Part shown: in pieces, positions 26,144 through 37,800 of the stretch | How positions within the stretch are numbered: position 1 is the first letter of the stretch | Layout: each line of letters starts with the position of its first letter | DNA from: Candidatus Ozemobacteraceae bacterium | GTDB lineage: Bacteria; Muiribacteriota; Ozemobacteria; Ozemobacterales; Ozemobacteraceae | Assembly: GCA_965140445.1 (NCBI GenBank) | Contig: OZ223236.1 | Span: 1,248,001-1,312,000 of the forward strand | Direction: 5' to 3' | Length of the DNA stretch: 64,000 nucleotides | Position numbers and translations under genes: made by a program | The notes under the pieces: model-generated | What the model was told of the DNA's origin: nothing | The model's input: only the letters and a program-made list of their open reading frames with translations | Databases searched by the model: none

Positions 26144-27751
26144 ATGAAAAAGTTGTTCAGAGTTTCGTTGTTGATACTGATGGTTTTGTCCTGGCAATCT
26201 GCTCAAGGTGCAGAGCTAAATTGGAAAGCAAACCTGGATTCCATACTGAATAAAGGTTTTGAAAATCTGGCAACTTCAACTGTTAAAGAAATGTCGTTCG
26301 ACCCAGCTGTGGTCCAAAAGACTGCAGCTGGGGTTCCGAACTGGCAAACCTTGATTAAACATATTCAAAATAGAAGTTTTTCCCAGCCGGAAAAACGTGG
26401 CGAATTGTCTCTTTACACCATGACCGGAAGCGATGGAAAAGAGCGTCCCTGGGTTCTTTATGTTCCAGAGAGTTACTGGCACAAAAGATCTACGCCAGCT
26501 ATGATTGCTTTGCATGGTGGCGTTTCAAGGGTTTCGCTAGCCGAAGATCCTATAGAATGGGCAAGTAATTCGCCATGGTTGGACCTGGCTAAGACTAATG
26601 GCTGGTTTGCCATTTTCCCTTACGGACAGGAAGGCGCAACCTGGTGGGATGTAACAGGAATGGAAAACATTCGCCGCCAGCTCCACATCGTTAAAGAAAA
26701 CTTCAATATTGATGACGACCGGGTTTATATGGCAGGGTTTTCCGATGGCTCTTCTGCTGGCTTCCTGCACGCTATGCTTCGCCCGGACAATTTCGCAGCT
26801 ATCATTGCTCTGAACGGTCACATGGGCGTAGGAAGCCTCGATGGCGACCTTCCCACCTATGCTCCCAATATGATGAATACGCCTATTTACACGGTTACGA
26901 CTGACAACGATGGGCTTTATCCCACTAAGGTTATGGGAAAGACTATTGAAATGGCTATTAAGGCCGGGGCTGATATCTTCTATCGCCAGCTTCCGGGGAC
27001 TCACAGTTTCGATTATGCAAAAACAGAATTGCCAATTATCGCAAAATTTATTGAAAAAAATCCTAGAAATACTGTTCCAGAAAAGATTTTCTGGGAGGTT
27101 GGGGAAACCGAATTCGGAAGATGTCGCTGGATCGAAATCCTCGAAGTGCTGCCCACCGAGAAGGCCAGCTGGCACAAGGATCATAATTGTATTCTGATTT
27201 CTGACCGGGTAAGTGTTGGGTTTATGCCACGCAAGTCAGATCATGGCGTTAAAGTGGGGCGGGTTCTTGATAAAACCTACGCCGCGCAGATTGGTATTCA
27301 GAATAATGATATTATTGTTAAAGCTGGTGGCATGAAAGTCAATAATAATGACGATCTTGAGGCGGCTAAAGCCAGTGTAAAACGTGGCGATCAATTTGAT
27401 ATTTGTGTTGAGCGTGCCTCTGAAACCATTGAACTGAAAGGTCGCTTGCCCGCGCCTGAGCTATACAATCTTTTTAAGCGTGATGTGCCTTCTGCGGCAG
27501 TAAAAGTTTTGCAAATCGGGAATCGTGTTGAAATTGAGGGTTCCAGAGTTGGACAGTTAAGGGTTTATGTAAATGAAGATCAGTTCAACCTGAACGAAAA
27601 GCTGGTTATCAATTACAATGGCACTGAAGTTTTTAATGAAATGGTAGTGCCTGACAAGGAATTTATTCTGGAAAACTATCTGCAGAACCGGGATAGAAAA
27701 ATGCTGCCAATTGCAAAAATTGATCTTGATTTAAAGAAAATCAGCAGATAA
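26144..27751 (+). CDS. Secreted alpha/beta-hydrolase (esterase/peptidase-like) with PDZ domain
   Basis: Signal peptide from ATG 26144; ALHGG, RVYMAGFSDG nucleophile elbow, GTH; PDZ-like AAQIGIQNNDIIVK. Confidence 0.8.
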   Translation: MKKLFRVSLLILMVLSWQSAQGAELNWKANLDSILNKGFENLATSTVKEMSFDPAVVQKTAAGVPNWQTLIKHIQNRSFSQPEKRGELSLYTMTGSDGKERPWVLYVPESYWHKRSTPAMIALHGGVSRVSLAEDPIEWASNSPWLDLAKTNGWFAIFPYGQEGATWWDVTGMENIRRQLHIVKENFNIDDDRVYMAGFSDGSSAGFLHAMLRPDNFAAIIALNGHMGVGSLDGDLPTYAPNMMNTPIYTVTTDNDGLYPTKVMGKTIEMAIKAGADIFYRQLPGTHSFDYAKTELPIIAKFIEKNPRNTVPEKIFWEVGETEFGRCRWIEILEVLPTEKASWHKDHNCILISDRVSVGFMPRKSDHGVKVGRVLDKTYAAQIGIQNNDIIVKAGGMKVNNNDDLEAAKASVKRGDQFDICVERASETIELKGRLPAPELYNLFKRDVPSAAVKVLQIGNRVEIEGSRVGQLRVYVNEDQFNLNEKLVINYNGTEVFNEMVVPDKEFILENYLQNRDRKMLPIAKIDLDLKKISR

Positions 27752-28372
27752 TTAAGGGGTCGATGAAGCCAGCTTTAGAGCGTAACCTTTGTATCCGTTC
27801 ATGTCACCAAACCTGTTTTGCCCCAGATAATCATCCAGGTTGCTGTTTTCCATGCTTGGCGAGTCATTAACGAAGGTTGCCTGAGTCGGTGAAAGGGACC
27901 CTAAAGTCCAGCCAACCGGGGTGTTAACACCAGAAGAATCATCCCATTCCTCGAAAGAACCCATTCCCGGAACCGTAGTAGAGGCAACCAGATTTTTTTG
28001 AACTTGCCAGTAAAGCTGGCCTGCACCTGTTCCCCATCTGTAATTAGGGATAGCCGGATCAGAGGGATCGGGATGAATCAATAAATTATTGTTTTCCAGG
28101 GCTTTTATATAGTTGTTAACTTTAACAGGGTCTGTCGGGTCAGCATAAAGAGCGTCAAATTCAATAAGGCATGGACTTGAGCCAAGCATGGCTCTTTCAA
28201 TATCCATTGCGGCTCTAATATGGCCGATTGTGACCGCAAATTCCTGTTCTACTGCGCGCTCTTGAAGGGTGTTATACTCGGGGAGAAGGCGAGTTGCCAT
28301 TATTCCGGTGATTACAATCAGCACCAGAAGGCCAAGAAACAGGTTTCCTCTTTTGTTAAAAATGCTTCGCAT
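27752..28372 (-). CDS. Pilin/pseudopilin-like protein with class III-type signal peptide
   Basis: MRSIFNKRG|NLFLGLLVLIVITGIMA with GGAG RBS at 28372; lacks the canonical F+1/E+5. Confidence 0.6.
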   Translation of the reverse strand: MRSIFNKRGNLFLGLLVLIVITGIMATRLLPEYNTLQERAVEQEFAVTIGHIRAAMDIERAMLGSSPCLIEFDALYADPTDPVKVNNYIKALENNNLLIHPDPSDPAIPNYRWGTGAGQLYWQVQKNLVASTTVPGMGSFEEWDDSSGVNTPVGWTLGSLSPTQATFVNDSPSMENSNLDDYLGQNRFGDMNGYKGYALKLASSTP

Positions 28373-28781
28373 AATTTTTTTCTCCAAGTTAATTATACGG
28401 TAAACTTTGAAGCTTAACAATGTACCCTTGTGGTTGAACTGTTCTGACGGCAAGAATGAAGAAAATCTGTCTTTTTTGGGGTTCATTTTACTCTCTAATT
28501 AAGGGTGTAACGTAAAAGGACAGGGTTTTTTAATGGCAAATAATTTAGTGAGAAAAAAACGGCTTGCCTTGTTTTAAAGGTTTTGCAGGGAAAAATGAAA
28601 ATAGAAATACAAAAAAATACTTCCAAATTTGAGTTAAATGGGAAAATTGCCTGGAAAAGTAATTAAAAATTAAATATTTGTGATAAAAAATCCTGAAAAT
28701 TTAAAAAAAAGTTTAAAAAGTTAAAAAAAACAAAATAAATGCTCAAATTAGTGGTAATTTTTAGGTTTTTAGAAGTGTACA

Positions 28782-28810
28782 TGGACAAATTTAGCGTCTC
28801 TTCTTATGAT
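28782..28810 (+). promoter_or_regulatory. Sigma70-type promoter of giant gene 1
   Basis: TGGACA-17 bp-TATGAT; homologous element upstream of copy 2. Confidence 0.6.
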
Positions 28811-28826
28811 TAAGTATGAGGGAATG

Positions 28827-31800
28827 ATGAAAACTAGGGATTTTTACACGGTTGGTTGGTTATTAATTTTCGTCTTTTTGTTTAATCCGGCGGGTGTTTT
28901 TGCTGCATCTAAGGTTTTAACTTCACAGGCGGATTTTGCCGCGGGAAACACCAGTCAGTTAATTGACGCTGATGTTGATGGGAACCCTAAAGACTACCTC
29001 AGATTAATTAATACAAACCCGGGAATGGACGGAACTCCTGGGGATAAACTTGCGCCTGGTTCAGGGCGTGTTTTTGCTTTTAAAAGACATATCCCGCTAA
29101 CTGAAACCCGTGGTCGTGATCGCTTTTTAGAAAAGATTCAACTTAATATTGAACAGATAAGTGGAGCAAAAGAAAACTGGGGAGATTTACGCCTGGTAAA
29201 CTCTGCCGGAAATTCTGTTCCATTCAGAATTCTAAATTTTGAAACACCAGTTGATAATCCCAATTCTTATGTAACTCTTTTGTTTGAGGCCTACGCCAGT
29301 CAGTCTGCTGTTACAGATTACTGGTTATACTACGGCAACCCGAACGCGACTTCGGTTGCAGTTGATAACATCAGCCCATTTTATCTTCTTAATCATGATT
29401 TTGAAGATGGTTCCAATAACTGGGCAGTCTGTTCTGCAAGCACTCTTAATTCCAACGTGGTTGTTCTCGGTTTGCTTGACGGAGTTTCTATTTTGCCCTC
29501 GGGCTATGTCGGTTATGAAAGCAAAGGTTGTTTGCAGGCGTATTATCCTGAAGGTGGAGATAATGGAAACGAAAATGGGAAGTGGCGGGGCTGGTCTCAG
29601 ACTGTTACCGGGCCAACCGCTGATCTTTACATCGCAACTGCTTACAAGAAAAGTTATTCAGGTGCTTATGATAAAAGATTGAATACATATTTGCGTCACA
29701 TTCAGTCTGGCGCAGATTCTACAACAAATATCCCGGCTGGGGTTACTGATTGGACGACACAGTCCCTTGAATTTAATACTGGCGGAACCAGAACTTTTGA
29801 GCTTGCGGCAGGGATGTATTTTGGAACCAGTGTTAATACCGGTTGGCGTGAGCGAGGAACCTACATAGACTGGATTGATGTTCAGCCTAAATATCCTCTT
29901 AACAAGGTTTTGGGAATCAAAGAAAGTGCTGGTTACAACGCTGTTGGCTCTTTCACCTCTGCTGCAATTGATACAGGAATTACCTCGCCACAATTTGGGA
30001 AAATTACCTGGATAGCCAATACAAACTCTCCCGGGACCTCGGTTTATTTCCAGACCAGATCCGGGGGAAGCCTTGCTGCGCTGAATACAGCACCCTGGAG
30101 CGCAGATATCAATGTTAATGGTGCCGATATACCAAGTGCCAATGCAAGGTATCTGCAGGTAAGAGCGTTTCTCGAAACAACTGATACCGCTTATACTCCT
30201 GTGCTTGATGAAATTGAGGTTTTCTTTGATTTGCCAGCGACCAAGCTTCAGGTGCTTACGCCAGCCAATGTAACAGCGGGGGATTATTTTGATTTCAGGG
30301 TTACAGCCCTTGATAACTTTAATGCGACCGCAACCACATTTGTTGGAAATGTAACCATGTATTCGGTTCCGGCCGGTGTAACATTTTTACCCAATGTGAG
30401 TTATGTTTTTCAGCCTGAAGATCAGGGAACCGCTTTGTTTCAGGCGCGAAAAACCAATGTGGGGAATTTTGAAATTTTCGCGACGTCTGTAGGACTTACA
30501 GACGGTGCTTCAGGGAATATCGTCTGCGGGCCCGGGCCGGTTAGCCAACTGGTTATGGTGGCCCCACCGGGGACGGTTACGGCCGGGAACCACTTTAATA
30601 TAAGTATTGAGGCCCGGGACCGATACGGCAATGTTGATACGAATGCCAACCTGACTTTAACTTCGTATTGTGCCGACCCCTATCCGGCGTCTATTACCCC
30701 TGCTATACAGCTTACGGGTGGCTACGCAACATTGCCGAATACGGTTTTGTTTACAAAACCGTCCCAGACTATAGTGCTACAGGCGCCATCAAATGGTATG
30801 GAAGTCCAGACCAGCATAAACGTTAATGCCGCTGCGACAAATAAACTTCGTTTAGCGGCAGATCCTGATCAGTATCAGAATGTCCCCTTTGATTTAACAG
30901 TTGATGCAGTGGATGTTTATGGCAATGTTACAGGTTACGGTGCTGCGTATAATCTTTCTCTCTCTGCAGGTGCTATTGCTCCGAATACAGGAACACTCGT
31001 AAGTGGCACAAAGACCCAGAGTGAAACCATTGATACTGAAGGAAACATTACTATTTCAGCGGTTTCCGGCGCATTTAACGGAAACATGGGAGTTATTGTT
31101 CATCCTCAGACCCCAGCCGCTCTTGATACTTTTAGAGTTGACGCCGGTTCTATTCAGCTTGCTGGTGTGCCTTTTACTCTAACGATTGAAGCATTGGATG
31201 AATTTCTGAATCTTCTACCAAGTTATAAGGGGGCATGCCGTCTGACGGTTAATGTCGGCTCTATTACTCCTGAATTTACGGCGGGCTACAGTTTTCTGGA
31301 CGGGATCATGGCCATTCCCGTAAAGGTTTCTGGAGCAAGTGATACCGTTGTTATAACCGTTTATGACCTGAAGGATAATACCAAGCTTGGTATGACCTAT
31401 ATTACTGTTCAGTCTTCAACTCTGGATCACTTTGATGTAACTGCTCCCGCAGCATTGAAAGCCGGGGCATCCTGCACTTTTGAGGTCCGACCCAGAGATT
31501 CATCCGGAAACCTGTTAACCAAATATACGGGAACTATTTCGATCTCAAATACTTCTACGGGGGGCGATGTCTTTTGTCCTTCGATTTATACTTTCCAGCC
31601 TTCAGACAATGGGGTAAAGACTTTTACAGCAACAGAAGCAGCTCGCTTTACCAAGGCTGAAGTGGTCAGGCTCAGGGTAGAGGATGCCGGTCGGCGTGGA
31701 TTATCAGAGTTTATCGAAATCATGGCGGCTTCGGATAGCCCGAAAATAGAGATTAGACCGGATAAATTTACGATCGAACTTGGAGAATCGCTTTCATACA

Positions 31801-34800
31801 ACGCGATTTTGACAGATCCATATCAGAACCCTCTTGAAGGTTTTACTGGAACCTTAAATTTAAACTATACTGATCCTGCAGTTACTGGTCCTGCAAACTA
31901 CACCTATCTTGATTTTGAAGATGGTTCCCATAGATTTTTGAATCAGGTTCGCTCAACACAGTTGGGAAGCTTTACTATTGAAGCCACCGAGCCAGTGTCG
32001 GGGGCAACAGCAACCAGTCCTCTAATTAATGTTATCAGTGGTGAAACCGGAAATTTCAGTATTATTCCTTCGAGCATTTCTATCAGTGCCGGGGATACCT
32101 TTTTATTCAACATAACCGCATCAGACACCTCTGGAAACCTGAACGTGCTTTATAACGGTAGTGTGAGGTTTTCAACTCTTGATACCCAGGCTGTTTTGCC
32201 CGCCGATTCAACTTTGATTAATGGGGCAGGGGCTTTTAACGCTACTTTTAAAACCGAAGGGGTTTTTGAGTTGTCTGCACGTGATACGAGAGACCCTGGA
32301 ATCGTGGGAACTATGGCGGTAACGGTTATTGCTTCTGTTCCATCCAAACTTGAATTGGAAATTCAGGATCTTGATCTCAACGTGAATGCTGGAATTCCGT
32401 TTCCTTACAGATTGCATGTAAAAGACGCCTTTGGAAACCATGCCAGTTATACAGGAAACATCGAAGTTTCTGCTGCTGATAAACACGCTTCAGCAGATCA
32501 TACCAAGGTTTTTGCTCTTGCTAATGAAAGTGTAAAAAGTGACAATTGGACTCTAATTACTGCTGGAGTTCAGGATCTATTGGCAACTGGGGCGGCATTT
32601 GTTGACACAAGAAGCGAGAGGGTGGTTGTAAATGCCGGATCGCCTGATCACATTGCTGGCGACTTCCCTAATAGCGTTTATTCAGAATTTTATTATCCGT
32701 TTAAAGTTCGCATCGAAGATATCTATGGCAACCCTTCGCCTCTTTACACTAATACAATAACTCCTGTCAGCAGCGGCCCAAGCTTTGCCCGAGAGCCGAA
32801 CAATCACGCTTTTTCCTCGGGGGATAATGGTGAGTATGTTTTTAACCTGCAGTGGGACAGGGGAACTGGGAATCCGATAACCACCAATCTTACTTTTCAG
32901 GATTCTGGGGCTTTGGCCAATCTAACCTTTCCTGTTCTGGTAGATTGCCCCAGAAGTAATAATCCGGTTGGAGTATTGGCTAACTTCTGGCTTTCAAGGC
33001 CTGATCGAAGGGTAATCGCCTCTGAGCCTTTTGGAATGACAATTCGGGCAAGTACTGGTCGAGACAGGCTTGCAACTGTTTCTGTGACAGTTGAATTTGA
33101 TATTTCGCAAGGTGATTTCTGGGTTAATGACGGCGGTGGCTGGCAGAAAACTATAACCATGACCAATGAATCTCAAAAGAGTTTCCAGGCGATGGTTACT
33201 CGAACTGGTTATTTAGCAGTAATTGCTAAATCTCAAGCCGAACCTCTTAAAACCGGAACAGTGAGTTTCGTCGCAAAGCCTAATAAGATGGATTCTCTTA
33301 CAATTACAGCTGATACTCCTCAAATGGCTGGTAAAAAGTTTCCTTTTGTCGCTGAATGGTGGGATGTCTGCAAAAATTACGCTGAAACCGCCACGGAAAC
33401 AATAACATTAAGTGCAACCTCCGTTGGCGCAAATACGCTTGAGCCGTCTGATCTAATTCCTACGGGCTGGAGCGGCAAATTTGATGCTTCTATCACTTCC
33501 GGAAGATGGACAGATAAAAAATTCTGGGCTTCAAATGCAGAAACCAACATAAATCACGATAAATTGCTTAACGAAATTAGTATTTTAGGCCTTTACGATG
33601 AAGATTTTACTGATGGAGCACTGGACAATCCAAATTGGCAGGTGATGATTCAGCAGGGGGACAATGTTAGCGAAGCTTGCGTTGGCTCTCATAGCTTGAA
33701 TGGTGGGTGTTTGTACATTGAAACGTCTGGGGACGGAAACCTATTCGATGATACTTCGCAGGGTGATTATCAGGAAAACGAAATTGATGACGGCTATTAC
33801 TTTTTATATCAGCCCTGGCCTGCCACCGATACTTTCGATTTTGATGCGCGGGTCTATGTTTTAAGGTATTGGTATGATACCCGGAAACGCACCAATCAAT
33901 CCATGGTTGGCATCATGATTCGTGACAACAGCCATACGATGGAGCCCAGATATATTTGTGCTCAACTCCAGAACACTACCAATAGTGGCGATTTCAACAT
34001 GAATACCACGAGTCAGGTAACATATAGAAACACTCCGGATGGTTATGTTTATCGAGGAAAAAATAACACCAGTAATGGTAACTCGGGAACCCACCCTAAA
34101 TGGCTAAGAATAAGGCGTTTGACTGCAACTTCATTTGAGGGAGCGCAATCAAACGATGAGGTTGTATGGGACAATTTTACTTCTAGAATGCCGACCGCGG
34201 TGAATATTTCACTTGGAAATCCACAAATGCTTGGAATCGCGGTTTGTGCAGACAGCACCACATATCCTGGAATTGGCTGGTTCACAAAGTTTAAGGTTAA
34301 CCGGTATTATCAACAGGGTGTTTTCGAGTCTGCTATCCATGACGTTGGGACTTCTACGGTTACTTTTAATCAAATCAGTCTGCTTGCAACGAAACCAGGA
34401 GGGACTCAGGTTATCGTTGAAGTGCGTGCCAGCAATAATTCTGGCGCAATGGGCGCCTGGACAAACCTCGGAAACATAACTAATGCCAGTATAGATCTGG
34501 CGGCTTTAAATAATCGTAGATATTTTCAGTATCGCCTGACACTAAATCCCAATACCGTTGCGGCAGGCGTTTACGATGCGACACCTGTTGTTCGTCAGGT
34601 TGATATAACCTATGACATAAATCCAATTGGCCATATTTTCGAAGGCCGCGAAACCGTTACTCTGAATGCTTCTACCACTTTCCCGGCCATAGACGTTGGA
34701 ACATGCAGTGTTGAAATTAAAGGTGGGGATGTTGCGAGTCTTTCAATTACAGTTCCAGCATCATGTATTGCTGGTGAACCTTTTACTATAAGCGTTTCTG

Positions 34801-37800
34801 CTCTTGATGCTTTTGGGAATATTGCTGATGACGCTTCAGGTTCATGGAGCTTTACTACTTCTGATGGCTCGCCTTATCCGGGGGTGGTTCCTCCGGCTTA
34901 TATTCTTGTGCCCGTTGCTGATAAAGGTCAGCACACATTTCATAAGAGCTCTATTTTGTATAATGGCCCAACGGCTACTATTAGCGTAACTGACGGGAAC
35001 ATTACTGCAACCTCTGCTCCAATAGTGGTTAACCCGGGTTTATTAAAGGAATTTGGAGTGCATGCTGATTCTCCTCAGGTTGCCAGCACCAGTTTTGAGG
35101 TTGGAGTTACTGCTTATGATCTCTATGATAATGTTAAAAGCGATTATACCGGGACGGTAACCTTCTATGACGATAAAACCGGTGGAAACAGCCGATATGT
35201 TCCTTCAAGTATCGCTCCCGGCGATTGGGTTGGCGGAGTTGCAACTCTAAGTCCAGGCGTTTCTTTTACCAAGGTTGAAACCGTCCATGTTTCTGCTCAA
35301 GGCGACTATCGTAGTGGAACATCTAATCCAATCGAGATAAATTCGGCTACTTCATCTGCTCTTATGCTAACAGTTAGCACCACCCAGCCTGAAGCTGGTG
35401 TTCCCTTTTCTCTGAATGTAATGGCGGTAGATAACTTTGGAAACCAGGCAAACACTTACAATGGCACGGTAAAATTCAGCGTTACAGATACTCACGGTAG
35501 TGTTGTGATTCCTGCCGATTACAATTTTGTTCCCGCCGATAATGGTCTGCATCTCTGGGTTAATGCTGCAACACTTATTACACCCGGTCTGCAGACAATC
35601 CGGGTAGAGGATTCTGTTGATCCGACCATGTTTTCTGAAGTTCCAGTGGTTGTTTTGCCTGGACCAATTGCCAACTTTAAGCTGGAATGCTCGGCAACAC
35701 AGACAGCAAATGTTCCGTTTAATCTTTTGATAACAGCTTATGATGCTTATGGAAACCCGAAAACCAACTTCTCTGAAGCGGTGACTTTGTCCTCAACTTT
35801 TGATTCTATTCTGCCTGTAACTGCCGGCGGTTTTTCGAATGGTCAGTTGCTCATTCCTTCTACAGAAATAGATCACTCAGTCCTGCCAACTACTGGTCAG
35901 ATTGATGTAAATTACGGAAGCGCTATAGGAACACTCTCGGTAACCATGATGCCTTCTGCTGCTATTTATGATCACATTTTCATGGAAGCAATTCCGGATA
36001 ATCCGTCTGCGGGTGACGCTTTTAAATTAACCATAAAAACAGTTGGTGCTGATGGAGCTGTGTTTACTGGTTACAGTGGAATTGGGGTTGACTTGACAGC
36101 AAGCAATACTCTGGGTTTTGAAGTTGTTCCACCTATGTCGCCAGACGAGGCTCTTACTTTTGATCTGGGTGTTAAAGAAGTATATGCCCGCATCTGGGAG
36201 GCTGGAACCATAACCATCTGGGCTCATGATAAGACCCTTGGAAAAGTTGGTTCTTTAACAATTGAAGTTCTTCCTACCAATCTCTCATATTTTACAGTTG
36301 TTCCCGGGACCTCTTCTGTTAATCTATATCCAAATAATTACTATCAGGAAGTGGGGGCGAGCTTCCCGCTTTATCTTGGCGCTTACGATAGTATCGACAA
36401 TTTGAAATCCGATTATTCTGGAAACGTAACCCTTACTCATAACGGCACAGGAACATACAGCGTGGCCTCTGTGACCTTCGAAAATGGAGTTGCAACGGTG
36501 CCCGCTGCTTTTTATGATGACTTTGGGCGAATGAGAATTACTGCGTATGACTCTTTGCTTGATAGAAAAGGGATTTCAAATTATATATATTTCTTTGGTC
36601 CGCTGGCCGAATTTGACCTGAATTATGGCTTACATCAAAGTGATGAAACTCCTTTCTTGCTTACAGTTGAAGGTTACGATACCTATGGCCAGTTAAAGCT
36701 TAATTGTATGGATACAACTAGTATCAGCAATATTTCTTACACGCCTGGCTCTATCAGTCCTGTAACGATGTCTCCAATGGCCCCAGCTTTGGTCTGGAAA
36801 GATGGTGTGGCTTACGAATGGATAACTCCAGATCGCAAAAATGGAGGAGTGAATGAGGCTACAGCAAGTTTCAGGCTTGATTCTAATGAGACAGTGGGTG
36901 CTTCTGGTACTGCAACTTTCTATCTTCGTAAAAAGGGTGGTGGAGCAGATCACTTTTTAATTGAGACTTATTCTCCGCAGATAGCCGGGGAACCCTTTCC
37001 AATGCTGGTAAAGGCTGTAAACTCGTCAAATCAGATTGACACATCCTGGTCTGGAACGGTGCAATTGTTTGCCACTGATACGGTTACAGGACTTGGGTAT
37101 CCTCTTGTCCCTTCTTCTGTTACAATTAACCCTGCTGATAATGGTGTTTATTCAAATCCGGCAATGGTTATTAATAACGCTGCAACCTACACTTTGTCTG
37201 CTAATTATGCGGCAATGAACGGCACATTTACGCCATTCCTGGTAAAGCAAAGACCAGTAAGCAAGCTTGTGCTGAATGTTCCGCAATACGCACCCCTAAA
37301 TCAGAACTTTCAAATGACCATTTCTGCTTACACCGATAATGGCAATTTAAAAACTGATTACGTACCTGAAGGCCCAATTCTGTTAAAGCTAAATGCTACA
37401 GCTACCGGAATTTTGGGGATTCAGTTTGTTGATCCATCTGAATTTGTTGGTGGCATTGCGACAATAACCACCCAGAATTACAACAAGAGCCAGAAAATCT
37501 TTATTTATGCTAACGAGCCATATTTGAATAAAGAGTTTATTGGCGGTCCAATTGATGTATTCGGAATCCCAACCAAGCTTATTTTACAGCCTCTAGACGG
37601 CTCTTCTCCGCCAATGGTGGACCCCTCAAGGGATTTCTTCTGGATGCAGTTTTTCCAGGTCAGGGCTACCGTGAAAGACTCAAATGGATTTACAGTGGCA
37701 AACTTTGATCAGGATATTCATTTTAAAATGAAACCGGGGCTGGCACCGCCAACTGCAGTTGATGCAAACATAGTTGGAGGGTATGATGTTCAGCACTTTT

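Noticed and set aside
28806..28826. ORF-track start of giant gene 1
   Set aside because: This ATG overlaps the predicted -10 box; 28827 has the RBS and matches copy 2 exactly
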